From the NCBI GenBank assembly GCA_036498245.1, contig DASXIB010000042.1, positions 13,709 through 77,708 of the forward strand: 64,000 bases of DNA, in the 5' to 3' direction. The position numbers and the translations under genes are program-made. Below are positions 43,700-55,021 of the stretch, in pieces. This stretch comes from Solirubrobacteraceae bacterium (GTDB taxonomy: Bacteria > Actinomycetota > Thermoleophilia > Solirubrobacterales > Solirubrobacteraceae). The first letter of the stretch is position 1, and each line of letters starts with the position of its first letter. The notes beneath the pieces were generated by a model. The model made no database searches. It was not told where the DNA came from and saw only the letters and a list, made by a program, of their open reading frames with translations.

Positions 43700-44977
43700 T
43701 TGACGATCACACAGCACAGCAACGGAAACGGCGCCGCCTCCAAGAACGGCGCCGGGCGCTATCAGTCCGAGAGGGTTCGGGTGGCGATCATCGGGGTCGG
43801 CAACTGCGCCTCGGCGTTCGTGCAGGGCGTGCACTACTACGCCGGCGCTGACCCGGACCAGGACGTTCCCGGTCTGATGCACGTCGGCCTCGGCGGCTAT
43901 CACGTGCGCGACATCGAGTTCACGGCCGCCTTCGACATCGACAGGGCGAAGGTCGGCAAGGATCTGGGCCAGGCGATCTGGGCGGGACAGAACAACACGA
44001 TGAAGTTCGCCAAGGTGCCCCGCAAGCTCGGCGTGCCTGTCTACCGCGGGATGACCCACGACGGTCTCGGCAAGTACCTCAAGCAGAAGATCACGAAGGC
44101 CCCGGGCGAGACCGCGGACATCGTGCAGATCCTCAAGGACACCCATACCGACGTGGTCGTCTCATACCTGCCCGTCGGCTCAGAGCAGGCGACCAAGTGG
44201 TACGTCGAGCAGATCCTCGAGGCCGGCTGCGGCTTCGTCAACTGCATCCCCGTGTTCATCGCCCGCGAGGACTACTGGGACAAGCGCTTCAAACAGGCGC
44301 GCCTGCCGATCGTCGGCGACGACATCAAGTCGCAGGTCGGCGCGACGATCGTCCACCGGACGCTCGCGCGGCTGTTCGCCGATCGCGGCGTGAAGATGCT
44401 CCGCACCTCGCAGCTGAACGTGGGCGGGAACATGGACTTCTACAACATGCTCGAGCGCGAGCGGCTGGAGTCGAAGAAGATCTCCAAGACCAACGCGGTC
44501 ACCTCGATCATGGACCATGAGCTGCCGGCCGAGGACGTCTACATCGGTCCGTCGGACTACGTGCCGTGGCTGACCGACCGCAAGTGGGCGCACATCCGCG
44601 TCGAGGGCCAGGCCTTCGGCGACGTGCCGCTGAATGTCGAGATGAAGCTCGAGGTGTGGGACTCGCCCAACTCGGCGGGAATCGTGATCGACGCAGTGCG
44701 CTGCTGCAAGCTCGCACTCAACCACGGCGTCGGCGGCCAGCTCGACGGACCGAGCAGCTACCTAATGAAGTCCCCTCACAACCAGCGTCCGGACGATCAG
44801 GCGCGCCAGGACACCGAGAAGTTCATCGCCAAGTACACCGGCAGGCCGGGTACGCGACCGCAGCGGCGCGGCTCAGCGCGGAAGCCGGCCGCTGCGAGAG
44901 CGCCGGGCGCCGCCCGCGCCAAGGCACGGGCGGGCACACGGGCGAGCGCCTCAAAGGACGCCGGGTCGAACCCCTAG
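43700..44977 (+). CDS. ino1: myo-inositol-1-phosphate synthase
   Basis: [37 protein letters not shown]. Confidence 0.96.
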   Translation: MTITQHSNGNGAASKNGAGRYQSERVRVAIIGVGNCASAFVQGVHYYAGADPDQDVPGLMHVGLGGYHVRDIEFTAAFDIDRAKVGKDLGQAIWAGQNNTMKFAKVPRKLGVPVYRGMTHDGLGKYLKQKITKAPGETADIVQILKDTHTDVVVSYLPVGSEQATKWYVEQILEAGCGFVNCIPVFIAREDYWDKRFKQARLPIVGDDIKSQVGATIVHRTLARLFADRGVKMLRTSQLNVGGNMDFYNMLERERLESKKISKTNAVTSIMDHELPAEDVYIGPSDYVPWLTDRKWAHIRVEGQAFGDVPLNVEMKLEVWDSPNSAGIVIDAVRCCKLALNHGVGGQLDGPSSYLMKSPHNQRPDDQARQDTEKFIAKYTGRPGTRPQRRGSARKPAAARAPGAARAKARAGTRASASKDAGSNP

Positions 44978-45621
44978 CTGACGAATTCGCGCACCTGTTT
45001 GTAGACGGTTTCGTCCGTCGTCAGCGCGGCGTGCGTGAGACAGGCCGTTTCCGTGTTCGTGGCACCCGTCAGAATCACGCTCGTATGCGGGTTGATGATT
45101 TCATCGCACGGCGACCACCACGTGGCGTAGTCCACGGCTCCGGGCGTTTCGTCGCCGGCGTTCAGTTCGTTCAGAAACGTCGATTTGGGGCGCATCTCGA
45201 TGCACGACGCCTGCGTGCAGAGGTTCGCCGTGCTCGTGCCATGGTTGGGGCCACCGAGCGACACCCAATCCTCGACCTTGCTTTCGCCACCCAGGTTCTT
45301 GATGTAGTAGCGGGTGGACAGGGCGCCCATCGAATGGGTGATCAGATCCACGTGGCTGGCCCCCGTGGCCGTCAGGATCTGGCTCACCTTCGTAGCGACT
45401 TCTTTGGCGGTCGTGACGTTCGACTGCGAGGTGTTGTACGTCCAGTTGTTGAGCTCCGCTTTCGTCCAGCCGTCTTTTTCGAAGCGGCCGATCATCGTTG
45501 TCCAGAGCGAGCTGCTCTCACTCCAGCCATGCACGAACAGGATCGGGTTGTGCGCCTGCGCGCCCGCCACCGGCACGAACAACGCCAGCGCGGCGATCGT
45601 CGCTGCGATCAGTCTCTTCAC
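44974..45621 (-). CDS. Secreted small lipase/esterase
   Basis: Signal peptide, FVHGW, THSMG, GGPNHG. Confidence 0.9.
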   Translation of the reverse strand: MKRLIAATIAALALFVPVAGAQAHNPILFVHGWSESSSLWTTMIGRFEKDGWTKAELNNWTYNTSQSNVTTAKEVATKVSQILTATGASHVDLITHSMGALSTRYYIKNLGGESKVEDWVSLGGPNHGTSTANLCTQASCIEMRPKSTFLNELNAGDETPGAVDYATWWSPCDEIINPHTSVILTGATNTETACLTHAALTTDETVYKQVREFVS

Positions 45622-45724
45622 GTCGGTCTCCTCCTCTTGGATGAACTTGGGATCGGTGGTTTAGCGCAGACGGTTTCCACTTGGTGCGCAATCTCCGCAT
45701 TCGTTTCCGACCTATTCTCCGAAG

Positions 45725-47167
45725 ATGGCTGAGCAGCGGTTCTCGATCGCCCACGTCACTCCCTACCCGTGGGAGGAGCGAGAGAACGAGGTCAACGCCC
45801 ACGTCGAGCGGGTCGCTCGCGCGCTCTCGCGCAGCGGCCATCGCGTGCTGATCCTCGCCCCGTCGCACTCGCAGGAGCGCGTGCGCGGCTCACGCAAGGC
45901 GCTGCGCGCGGCGCGCGAGCGGCCGCAGAGTCTGCTCGAGGGAACCGACACGGGGACGCCGCGGGTGATCGCCGTCGGCGAGGTGCTCGACGTCTCCGCC
46001 GGCGCCCGGCGACGGACGCCGGCGCTGCCGATCGACGTCGCCCGCACGATCGAGGAACTGCTGGGGAGGGTGGAGCTCGACTTCGTCCACGTGCACGAGC
46101 CGTTCGCCCCGAGCACCTCCAACGCGGCCCTGCGCCACTCGCGCGCGCTCAACGTGGGCTCCTTTCACTCCTCCACCGAACGCCTGCTCTCGACGCTCGT
46201 GGCGCGCCGCTTCGTGGAGAGCTTCTTCGGGCGCCTGGATGCCCGCACCGCGAGCCTGCCCGCCACCGCCGAGCTGATGGCTCGTCATTTCCCGGGCGAC
46301 TACCGGCTGGTGCCCGACGGAGAGGACGCCGCCGGGCAGCTCGAGCGCATCTACGGCGCCCTGGCCGCCCGGCGCCACTCGCGCGAGGGCGACTCGGCGC
46401 TGCGACGCCGCTTGGCGGATCGGCGGCTGATTGACGTCGACCTGCACATGCACACTGATCACTCACCCGACTGCGCCACTCCTGTGGAGGTGCTGCTGGC
46501 GACAGCGCGCGAGCAGGGCCTCGGGGCGATCGCGGTGACAGATCACAATGAGATCTCCGGCGCCCTGGAGGCACGGGCGCAGGCCGCTGAATCAGATGCC
46601 CGCCCACCCGTCAAGGTGATCGTTGGCGAGGAGGTCAAGACGGCCGGCCAGGGCGAGGTGATCGGACTGTTCGTCGAAGAGAAGATCCCCCGCGGCCTGA
46701 GCCTCGCGGAGACCGTCGTGGAGATCAAGCGCCAGGGTGGGATTGTCTATGTGCCCCACCCCTTCGATCGGTTGCACTCGGTCCCGGACTACGCGCACTT
46801 GCTGACGATCCTCGACGACGTCGACGCGATCGAGGTCTTCAACCCGCGCGTGGCGATCGGCGCCTTCAACGAGGAGGCCGCGCGATTCGCCGCCAAGTAC
46901 CGAATCGTCGCGGGGGCCGGATCGGATTCGCACGTCGCCCAGGGACTCGGCTCGGTGCGGATCCGGATGCGCGACTTCGACGGTCCGCGGGAGTTCCTGC
47001 AGTCGCTGCGGGACGCCGAGATCATCACCCGCCCCACCAGCCTGCTGTACGTGCAGGCGCTGAAGTTCCTGCAGACGCGCGCGACGCCGCCTTCCGCGCG
47101 ACGAGCCAGCAAGGCCCGGCGCGTCAAGCGGGTGAGGCAGGCCCCCGGCGGGGGACGCCGGAGGTGA
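45725..47167 (+). CDS. Fusion of a GT4 N-terminal domain (PimA-like) to a PHP phosphoesterase
   Basis: HVTPYPW, DFVHVHEPFAP, GSFH, then DLHMHTDHSPD, TDHN, PHPFD, GSDSH. Confidence 0.85.
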   Translation: MAEQRFSIAHVTPYPWEERENEVNAHVERVARALSRSGHRVLILAPSHSQERVRGSRKALRAARERPQSLLEGTDTGTPRVIAVGEVLDVSAGARRRTPALPIDVARTIEELLGRVELDFVHVHEPFAPSTSNAALRHSRALNVGSFHSSTERLLSTLVARRFVESFFGRLDARTASLPATAELMARHFPGDYRLVPDGEDAAGQLERIYGALAARRHSREGDSALRRRLADRRLIDVDLHMHTDHSPDCATPVEVLLATAREQGLGAIAVTDHNEISGALEARAQAAESDARPPVKVIVGEEVKTAGQGEVIGLFVEEKIPRGLSLAETVVEIKRQGGIVYVPHPFDRLHSVPDYAHLLTILDDVDAIEVFNPRVAIGAFNEEAARFAAKYRIVAGAGSDSHVAQGLGSVRIRMRDFDGPREFLQSLRDAEIITRPTSLLYVQALKFLQTRATPPSARRASKARRVKRVRQAPGGGRRR

Positions 47168-47234
47168 GGGAGGAGCGCAACTCCTGATGCACGGCCAAGG
47201 ACAACCCCGCTCCTCGTCTAATCCCTCGGGGTCG

Positions 47235-47840
47235 ATGCCCGTGACCGATGACGAGATTCGCGAGAAGTACCTCGAGCGGGCGATCCGCGAGCTGAACACG
47301 CTCACGCGCGAGCTGCAGGCGTGTCCGCACTGCCCGCGCGGCAACCTGATGCCGGTGCTCGGCTCGGGGCACCCGCAGGCGGACGTGATGCTGTTGAAGC
47401 ACTCCCCCCTGCCGTCTGAGATCGAGGAGGGGGTGGCCTTCTACGGGCGCGCCGGCGGGGCGCTGATGAAGTCGCTCAAGCGGCTGTCGATCGACCCACT
47501 CGCGGTCTACGGCACGCTGTGCGTGAAGTGCCCGCTGAGCGACTCCTCGCTCGCCGACTTCGCATGTGTTGCGCGGGTGGTCGAGGAGATCGCGATCGTC
47601 CAGCCGAAGATCGTCGTCGTGATGGGCCCTGATGCACTGGCCGCACTCGGGGAGATGGAGATTCCGCTGGCGCGCCCGCTCGCGCCACGGCTGGGCGAGA
47701 TCCAGCAGCTGACGCCGATGATCGACGCGCTGTACGTGCCGAACATCGACGAGTCGCTCGACGAACAGGAGTCCAAGCGCGCGTTCTGGGACGCGTTCCG
47801 CTCGCTGGGCGACTGGTACTCCGCGCAGCCTCCCTACTGA
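47235..47840 (+). CDS. Divergent uracil-DNA glycosylase family 4-like Fe-S protein
   Basis: CPHC, G.AFYGRAG, CVKCP, C, EEIAIVQPKIVVVMG. Confidence 0.75.
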   Translation: MPVTDDEIREKYLERAIRELNTLTRELQACPHCPRGNLMPVLGSGHPQADVMLLKHSPLPSEIEEGVAFYGRAGGALMKSLKRLSIDPLAVYGTLCVKCPLSDSSLADFACVARVVEEIAIVQPKIVVVMGPDALAALGEMEIPLARPLAPRLGEIQQLTPMIDALYVPNIDESLDEQESKRAFWDAFRSLGDWYSAQPPY

Positions 47841-47865
47841 CGCACGCCATTTCTCCTTCCTCCCC

Positions 47866-48041
47866 GAACCGGTATAACTTTAGTGATACCGGTTCCGAAA
47901 AGGTAAGTCGTCCACGCGGTCGAATGCCGGTGCTGGTGGGGGACTCACTTTTTAGTACCCGTATTGCAATGGTTACACGGGTTTTAGAAATAATCCCCCC
48001 CCACCATGCACGACCGAGAGCCCCGCCATGCGGGCGCTCTC
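47866..48041 (+). ncRNA. Candidate structured small RNA with an upstream inverted-repeat operator
   Basis: AT-rich 200-bp gap between convergent genes. It holds a -10-like box, a roughly 100-nt interrupted hairpin and a terminal GC hairpin. Confidence 0.5.
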
Positions 48042-48979
48042 TAAATCGTGAGGACGATCTTGCCGAGCTTGCCGCCCGCGGCGAAGCGATCGTAGGCCGC
48101 GACCGCCCGGTCCAGGGGAAAGGTCTCGGCGACCGGCACGCGCAGCGCGCCGAGCTCGAACAGGGGGAGCACCTCGTGCTCCACGCGACGGGCCGTCAGC
48201 GCCTTCTCCTCGAGCGGGCGCGCGCGCAACGTCGAGCCGTGGATGCGCGCGCGCTTGCCCATCAGAGCGAGCAGGCTCAGCTCGCCCTTGGCGCCCCCCG
48301 AGACGCCGATCACGAGGATCCGTCCACCGGTCGCGAGCGCCTGCAGGTTCTCCTGCAGGTTAGGCGCGCCGACGAGCTCGAGGATCACGTCGAACGGGCC
48401 CTGCTCGGCGAAACCCTCCGGTGGGATCGCCTCGGCGCCGAGCGCGGCGACCTGTTCGCGCAGGTCCTCGCTGCGCACGGTTGCGGTTACCCGCGCCCCC
48501 GTCTCGCGGGCGAGCTGAATCGCCGCGGTACCGACGCCACCGGCGCCACCGTGCACGAGCAAACGCTCGCCGGGACGCAGTTGGCCTTGCGTGAAGAGCG
48601 CGTCGTGGGCGGTCGTGAAGACCTCCGGCAGGCCGCCCGCCGAGGGCCAGTCAAGCCCTCCCGGCACCGGCATCAACTGGCGCTCGTGAACCGTGGCGAG
48701 CTCCGCCTGGCCACCGCCCCCGACGATCGCCATCACGCGGTCGCCGACGGCGAAGCGCTCGGCTCGCGGTCCGAGCGCGGCAACCTCGCCCGCGAGCTCG
48801 AGGCCGGGGATCTCCTGCGACGAGCCTGCGGGTGCCGGATACAGACCTCGTCGCTGCATCATGTCGGCACCGTTCAATCCGGCCGCGCGCACACGAACGA
48901 GCACCTCACCGGCGCCTGGCACAGGATCGGGCTGCTCTTCGATCGCGACCTCGTTCTCGCGGATGGTGACGGCGCGCAT
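48041..48979 (-). CDS. NADPH:quinone oxidoreductase (zeta-crystallin/PIG3 family)
   Basis: AAGLNGAD, PGLELAG, HGGAGGVG, GSTLRAR, GKIVL. Confidence 0.92.
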   Translation of the reverse strand: MRAVTIRENEVAIEEQPDPVPGAGEVLVRVRAAGLNGADMMQRRGLYPAPAGSSQEIPGLELAGEVAALGPRAERFAVGDRVMAIVGGGGQAELATVHERQLMPVPGGLDWPSAGGLPEVFTTAHDALFTQGQLRPGERLLVHGGAGGVGTAAIQLARETGARVTATVRSEDLREQVAALGAEAIPPEGFAEQGPFDVILELVGAPNLQENLQALATGGRILVIGVSGGAKGELSLLALMGKRARIHGSTLRARPLEEKALTARRVEHEVLPLFELGALRVPVAETFPLDRAVAAYDRFAAGGKLGKIVLTI

Positions 48980-48989
48980 TCTCGCAAGC

Positions 48990-50561
48990 CTACCCGGAGT
49001 CGGGAACCGCGCTGCGGGCCGGCCGAGGGCCACCGTCGGCCCGCTCGAAAAGAGCTACGCACTCGATGTGATGCGTCTGCGGGAACATGTCGACGGGACG
49101 AACCTTGCGCAGCACCCACCCCGCCTCGACGAGTTCCGCGGCGTTGGGGGCGAGCGTCGTCGGGTTGCAGGAGACGTAGACGATCCGCTTCGGCGAAGCG
49201 TCGACAATGCGGTGGACCACCTTCTTCGAGAGTCCCGCGCGGGGGGGGTCCACGACGAGGACGTCGGGGCGCCCGGCGCGCTCGACGAGCTCTGCCAGCG
49301 CCAGGCGCGTGTCGCCGGCGAAGAAGTGCGCCTGCGTTACCTCGTTGCGGCGCGCGGCGGCGATCGCGTCGGCGACGGCCTCCTCGACGAGCTCAATTCC
49401 CCACAGCTCGCCGGCGCGCGAGGCGAGCGTGAGCGCGATCGTGCCGATCCCGGAGTACAGGTCAAAGACGCGCTCCCAGCCCTCGAGCGCCGCATACTCC
49501 GCGACCACGCCGTAGAGCAGCTCGGCCATCTCAGTGTTGGTCTGGAAGAACGCCTCTGGGGAGATGCGCAGGTCGAGCTCGCCCAGCCGCTCGGGCAGCT
49601 CAGCCTCACCCCACACGAGCTGGGTGTCGCCACCGGCAGTCGTCTCGGCGAGGCTGCGCGAGGTGCTCCACAGCACGCCCGCCAGATGGTCCTCGCCGAG
49701 CGCCCGGCTCAACTCGGCGGCCAGCCCGCCGGCCTCGAGCTCGCCGTCGGTGGTCACGATCCGGACTTGCAGCTTTTCGGTACGGCGCCCTTCGCGCACG
49801 ACGAGGTTGCGCAGGCGCGCGCGGCCGTCCGCCGCCGAGGCCGTCCGCTCTTTGCGCGCCGCTTCCACGGCGGCACCGGACGGACGAGTCTCTCTGTCCC
49901 GGCCGCGGTTCCAGCCCTCTAGGCCCTGAGCGCGGCACCAGCGCAGCGCCACCTCGCGGGCGAGGTTCCCCCGCTCGGATGCCAGCAGGCAGTCCTCGAT
50001 CGCGACCACTTGATTGCCGCCCGCGGGAGCATGGAATCCACACACCAGCTCGCCATCCTCGCCGGCCCCGAAGGAGTACTCGAGCTTGTTGCGATAACGC
50101 CACGGCTGCAGGGCCGGGACGATCCCCTCGAGCTCGAAGCCCTCCAGCCGACCGATCCGCCGCAGCGCCTCCTCGACCTGCGAGTGCTTGACCTCGAGCT
50201 GGCGCTCGTAGGGGAGCACCTGCCACGCCACCCCCGGGTGGTCGGCCACCGGCGGGATCCGCTCGGGGCTGGGATCGAGCACCTCGACGGTGCGCGCGTG
50301 AGCGTAGCTGCGCTTGCGCTTGTGGACGACGGCTCGCACGAGGTCGCCCGGAACAGCGCCGGCGACAAACACCACGTACCCGCCGCCGTGTGCCCCGGAT
50401 GGGGTATCGCCCAGCCGCGCGACGCCCTCCCCGCCGAAGGCGAGCGACTCGATCCGCAGCTCCAACTCGTCTCCGCGTTGCGGACGGGGCAACGGGTCTT
50501 GGGCCGGCGCGGCGGCGGCTGCCGATAGCGCCGTCGAGTCCGGGCCCTCCTCTCCGCTCAT
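48990..50561 (-). CDS. rlmD: 23S rRNA m5U methyltransferase
   Basis: TRAM domain, YRNK, AFFQTN, DLYSGIG, DPPRAG, YVSCNP, DMFPQTHHIE. Confidence 0.92.
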   Translation of the reverse strand: MSGEEGPDSTALSAAAAAPAQDPLPRPQRGDELELRIESLAFGGEGVARLGDTPSGAHGGGYVVFVAGAVPGDLVRAVVHKRKRSYAHARTVEVLDPSPERIPPVADHPGVAWQVLPYERQLEVKHSQVEEALRRIGRLEGFELEGIVPALQPWRYRNKLEYSFGAGEDGELVCGFHAPAGGNQVVAIEDCLLASERGNLAREVALRWCRAQGLEGWNRGRDRETRPSGAAVEAARKERTASAADGRARLRNLVVREGRRTEKLQVRIVTTDGELEAGGLAAELSRALGEDHLAGVLWSTSRSLAETTAGGDTQLVWGEAELPERLGELDLRISPEAFFQTNTEMAELLYGVVAEYAALEGWERVFDLYSGIGTIALTLASRAGELWGIELVEEAVADAIAAARRNEVTQAHFFAGDTRLALAELVERAGRPDVLVVDPPRAGLSKKVVHRIVDASPKRIVYVSCNPTTLAPNAAELVEAGWVLRKVRPVDMFPQTHHIECVALFERADGGPRPARSAVPDSG

Positions 50562-51472
50562 GGTCTCGCCGGCGCGGACACGAGCAGCTCGAGCAGCGCC
50601 TTCTGCGCATGACGCCGGTTCTCGGCCTGGTCCCAGATGCGCTGGCGCGTGCCGTACAGGACCTCGGCGGTGATCTCCTCGCCGGGATGCGCGGGCAGGT
50701 CGTGCATGGCGAAGGCGTCGGGCGCCGCGGCGTCGAGCAGCGTGTCGTCGACGCGGTAGGCGGCAAGGGCTGCGCGGCGGCCATCCGCGGTGGCCTCGTC
50801 ACCCATGCTCACCCACACGTCGGTATAGACCGCGTGCGCACCCTCGACGGCTTCGCGCGGATCGGTGTGGAGCGTCAGCGAGCCGCGGGCCCCCGCAGCC
50901 GACCAGAGATCCTTCTCCAACGCGTAGCCCTCGGGCGAGGCCACCGCCACGTCGACGTCGGCGAGCGTGCCGAGCACGGCGAGCGAGCGGGCGATGTTGT
51001 TGCCGTCGCCGACGTACGCCAGGCGCAGTCCGTCCAGCGAGCCGTAAGCCTCGCGCAGTGTCATCAGGTCGGCGAGCGCCTGGCAGGGATGGTGGAGCGC
51101 GGTGAGCATGTTGATCACGGGGACCGCGCTGTGCTCGGCGAGCTCCGCGAGCATCGCGTCCGGCCCCGTGCGCACCCCAATCGCGGCGACGTGACGGGAG
51201 AGGACCATCGCCGTGTCGCGCGCCGCCTCGCCACGCGAGAGCTGAAGCTCGTCCGTGCGCAGCACGACGGCGTGCCCGGCGAGCTCGTTGATGCCGACCT
51301 CGAACGACAGTCTCGTGCGCGTCGAGGGCTTCTGGAAGATCAGCGCGACGCTCTTGCCGGCGAGCGCTTGTGAGGAGAGCGGCGCCGCCTTCAGCTCGAG
51401 GGCACGGTCGAGCAGGGCGTGGAGCTCGTCGGGGGTGAGCTCGGCCCCGGTGAGGAGATGGCGCGGTGTCAT
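50558..51472 (-). CDS. argF: Ornithine carbamoyltransferase
   Basis: FQKPSTRTR, HPCQALAD, YTDVWVSMG, HDLPA, QAENR. Confidence 0.95.
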   Translation of the reverse strand: MTPRHLLTGAELTPDELHALLDRALELKAAPLSSQALAGKSVALIFQKPSTRTRLSFEVGINELAGHAVVLRTDELQLSRGEAARDTAMVLSRHVAAIGVRTGPDAMLAELAEHSAVPVINMLTALHHPCQALADLMTLREAYGSLDGLRLAYVGDGNNIARSLAVLGTLADVDVAVASPEGYALEKDLWSAAGARGSLTLHTDPREAVEGAHAVYTDVWVSMGDEATADGRRAALAAYRVDDTLLDAAAPDAFAMHDLPAHPGEEITAEVLYGTRQRIWDQAENRRHAQKALLELLVSAPARP

Positions 51473-51576
51473 CGAGCGGCCAGTCTAGGCCAGTGGCCAA
51501 GAGCGCCTGCGCTGCTGCCGGCCGCGGCGTGTGCGAGGCTAGTGCCTTGAGTGAAAGATCGAGAAAGGGACCATCG

Positions 51577-53008
<1,432 letters not shown>

Positions 53009-53012
<4 letters not shown>

Positions 53013-54166
53013 GACGCGACCCACGAAGGAGACACGACTCCCCCGGACGCGGCCTCTCCAGCCTGTGTGGCGTTGCTGGTGAGCGCCTCGACGACGAGCT
53101 CGGCCGTCAGCGGGGCCAGCAGGATCCCGTTGCGGTAATGCCCAGTCGCCCAGATCAGCCCCTCGATCGCGCCGGGACCGATCACGGGCGCGTTGTCGGG
53201 TGTGCCCGGGCGCAGCCCCACGCTGAGCTCCTCGATCTCGAGCTCGCTCACACCCGGAACCAGCTCGTAAGCGTCGCGTAGCAACTCATACACCCCGCCC
53301 GCGGTTGGAGCGGACTCGAATCCGCGCTCCTCGACCGTCGCCCCGAGCACGTAGCGTCCATCCCCGCGAGGGACGAGATAACCGCCTTCGAAGCGCACGA
53401 CCCGCTCCAGCAACCCCGGACCCGCCGGGTCGCGCAGGCGCAGGATCTGACCCTTGACCGGGCGCACCGGCACGCGTGCTCGGTCTGGCACGCCCTCGAT
53501 CTGCCCCGTCCACGCGCCAGCGGCCATCACCACCTGCCCCCCTTCAACGCGCTCGCCGTCGTCGAGTACGACGCCTGTCACGCGAGTCTGCGTTCCGTCG
53601 AGCGCGAGACGAGCGACGCGCGCATGCTCGCGCAGGTTCACGCCGTTCGACACGCACGCCGATCGCAGGGCGGTGAGCACCCTCCGCGGATCCACCGAGT
53701 GATCGTCGGGGGCTTCGAGCGCCAGACGAACCGTCGGCGCGAGCGCCGGCTCACGTTCGCGGGCGACTGTCGGAAGCAGGCGCTCGGTGTGCACGGCAAG
53801 CGAGTCGCGAAAGGCGAGCTGGCGCTCGAGCTCCCTCGCCTCGTCCTCGTCGCGGGCGACCACGAGCGTGCCTGTCTTGCGCAGTCCTACCTCCAGGTCG
53901 CCCGCTCGTTCGAGCCCCGAGGCGAAGGCGGCCCACATGCCGACCGATCGCAGCCCGAGGTCAAGCACCTGCCGACCGGCCTCGCCGAACTCGACCTCGG
54001 CGACCGGCGCGAGCATGCCCGCGGCAACGTGAGAGGCGCCACTTCCGGTCGTATCGCGCTCGAGCAGGGTCACCGACATGCCGTGCTCGGCGGCGCGCCA
54101 AGCGACTGCCAGGCCGATAACGCCGCCCCCGACGACGACCACGTCTGTTAGTTGGCCATTCGGCAT
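53009..54166 (-). CDS. thiO: Glycine oxidase
   Basis: GGGVIG, ASHVAAGML, GLRP, GHYRNGILLAP. Confidence 0.95.
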
Positions 54167-54200
54167 ACGTTCGATGCTAGCCCGATGTCAGACTGAGTTG

Positions 54201-54884
54201 ATGAGCCGGAACATAGGCGCCGAGCGGCGCGAGCGGCTGGCCGCCTCGCGGCTGTATCTCGTGTGCCCAGCGATCGGCGATCGCGAGGCGATGGGCGGCC
54301 GGGGGCTGCCAGACCTGCTGGGCGCCGCCGTAGCCGGCGGCGTGGACGTAGTGCAGGTGCGGGAGAAGCACCTGCCCGACGACGAGCTGGCCGCGATCGC
54401 CCATGCCGCGCGGGCACTGTGCGAGCGGCTGGGGGCGCTGTTGATCGTCAACGACCGTCCGACGGTGGCACGCGAGGTGGGGACGGACGGCGTGCACGTC
54501 GGCCAGGACGACATGCCGCCGGCGGAGGTGCGCGAGCTGGTCGGGCCGGAGCTGCTCGTCGGCCTCTCCACCCACGCACCTGAGGAGATCGACGCGGTCG
54601 ACCCCACGCTCGTCGACTACATCGGCGTGGGCCCGATCCATGCCACGCCAACCAAGCCCGGGCGCCCGCCGGTCGGCCCGGAGCTGATCCGCTACGCGGC
54701 CGCCCACTCGCCGGTGCCGTTCTTCGCGATCGGCGGGATCGACTCGGGCAATGTCGACGAGGCGCTCGACGCGGGCGCGACGCGCGTATGCGTGCTGCGT
54801 GCGGTCACCGAGGCCGACGATCCGCGGCGGGCGGCTCGGGGGCTGCGAGATTCGCTGGACGGAGTCCGAGACAATCATCGATAA
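54201..54884 (+). CDS. thiE: Thiamine-phosphate synthase
   Basis: VQVREK, IVND, GVHVGQDD, GLSTH, TPTK, AIGGI. Confidence 0.95.
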   Translation: MSRNIGAERRERLAASRLYLVCPAIGDREAMGGRGLPDLLGAAVAGGVDVVQVREKHLPDDELAAIAHAARALCERLGALLIVNDRPTVAREVGTDGVHVGQDDMPPAEVRELVGPELLVGLSTHAPEEIDAVDPTLVDYIGVGPIHATPTKPGRPPVGPELIRYAAAHSPVPFFAIGGIDSGNVDEALDAGATRVCVLRAVTEADDPRRAARGLRDSLDGVRDNHR

Positions 54885-55021
54885 TCCTTGTCTTTGGAAT
54901 AACGATCGGTTAGTGTGCCTGTTCCAATCGATGGACTCTGACCCGGTCCATGCATTGAGCCAACCGAATGAGTGGACGCATCGGAGCTCGTCGAGCGACC
55001 CTCGACATTGGAGCAGAGAAA

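Noticed and set aside
54955..54990. c-di-GMP-I riboswitch-like CAACC...GGACGCA before the secreted gene
   Set aside because: It lacks the GAAA tetraloop stem and a recognisable second hairpin.
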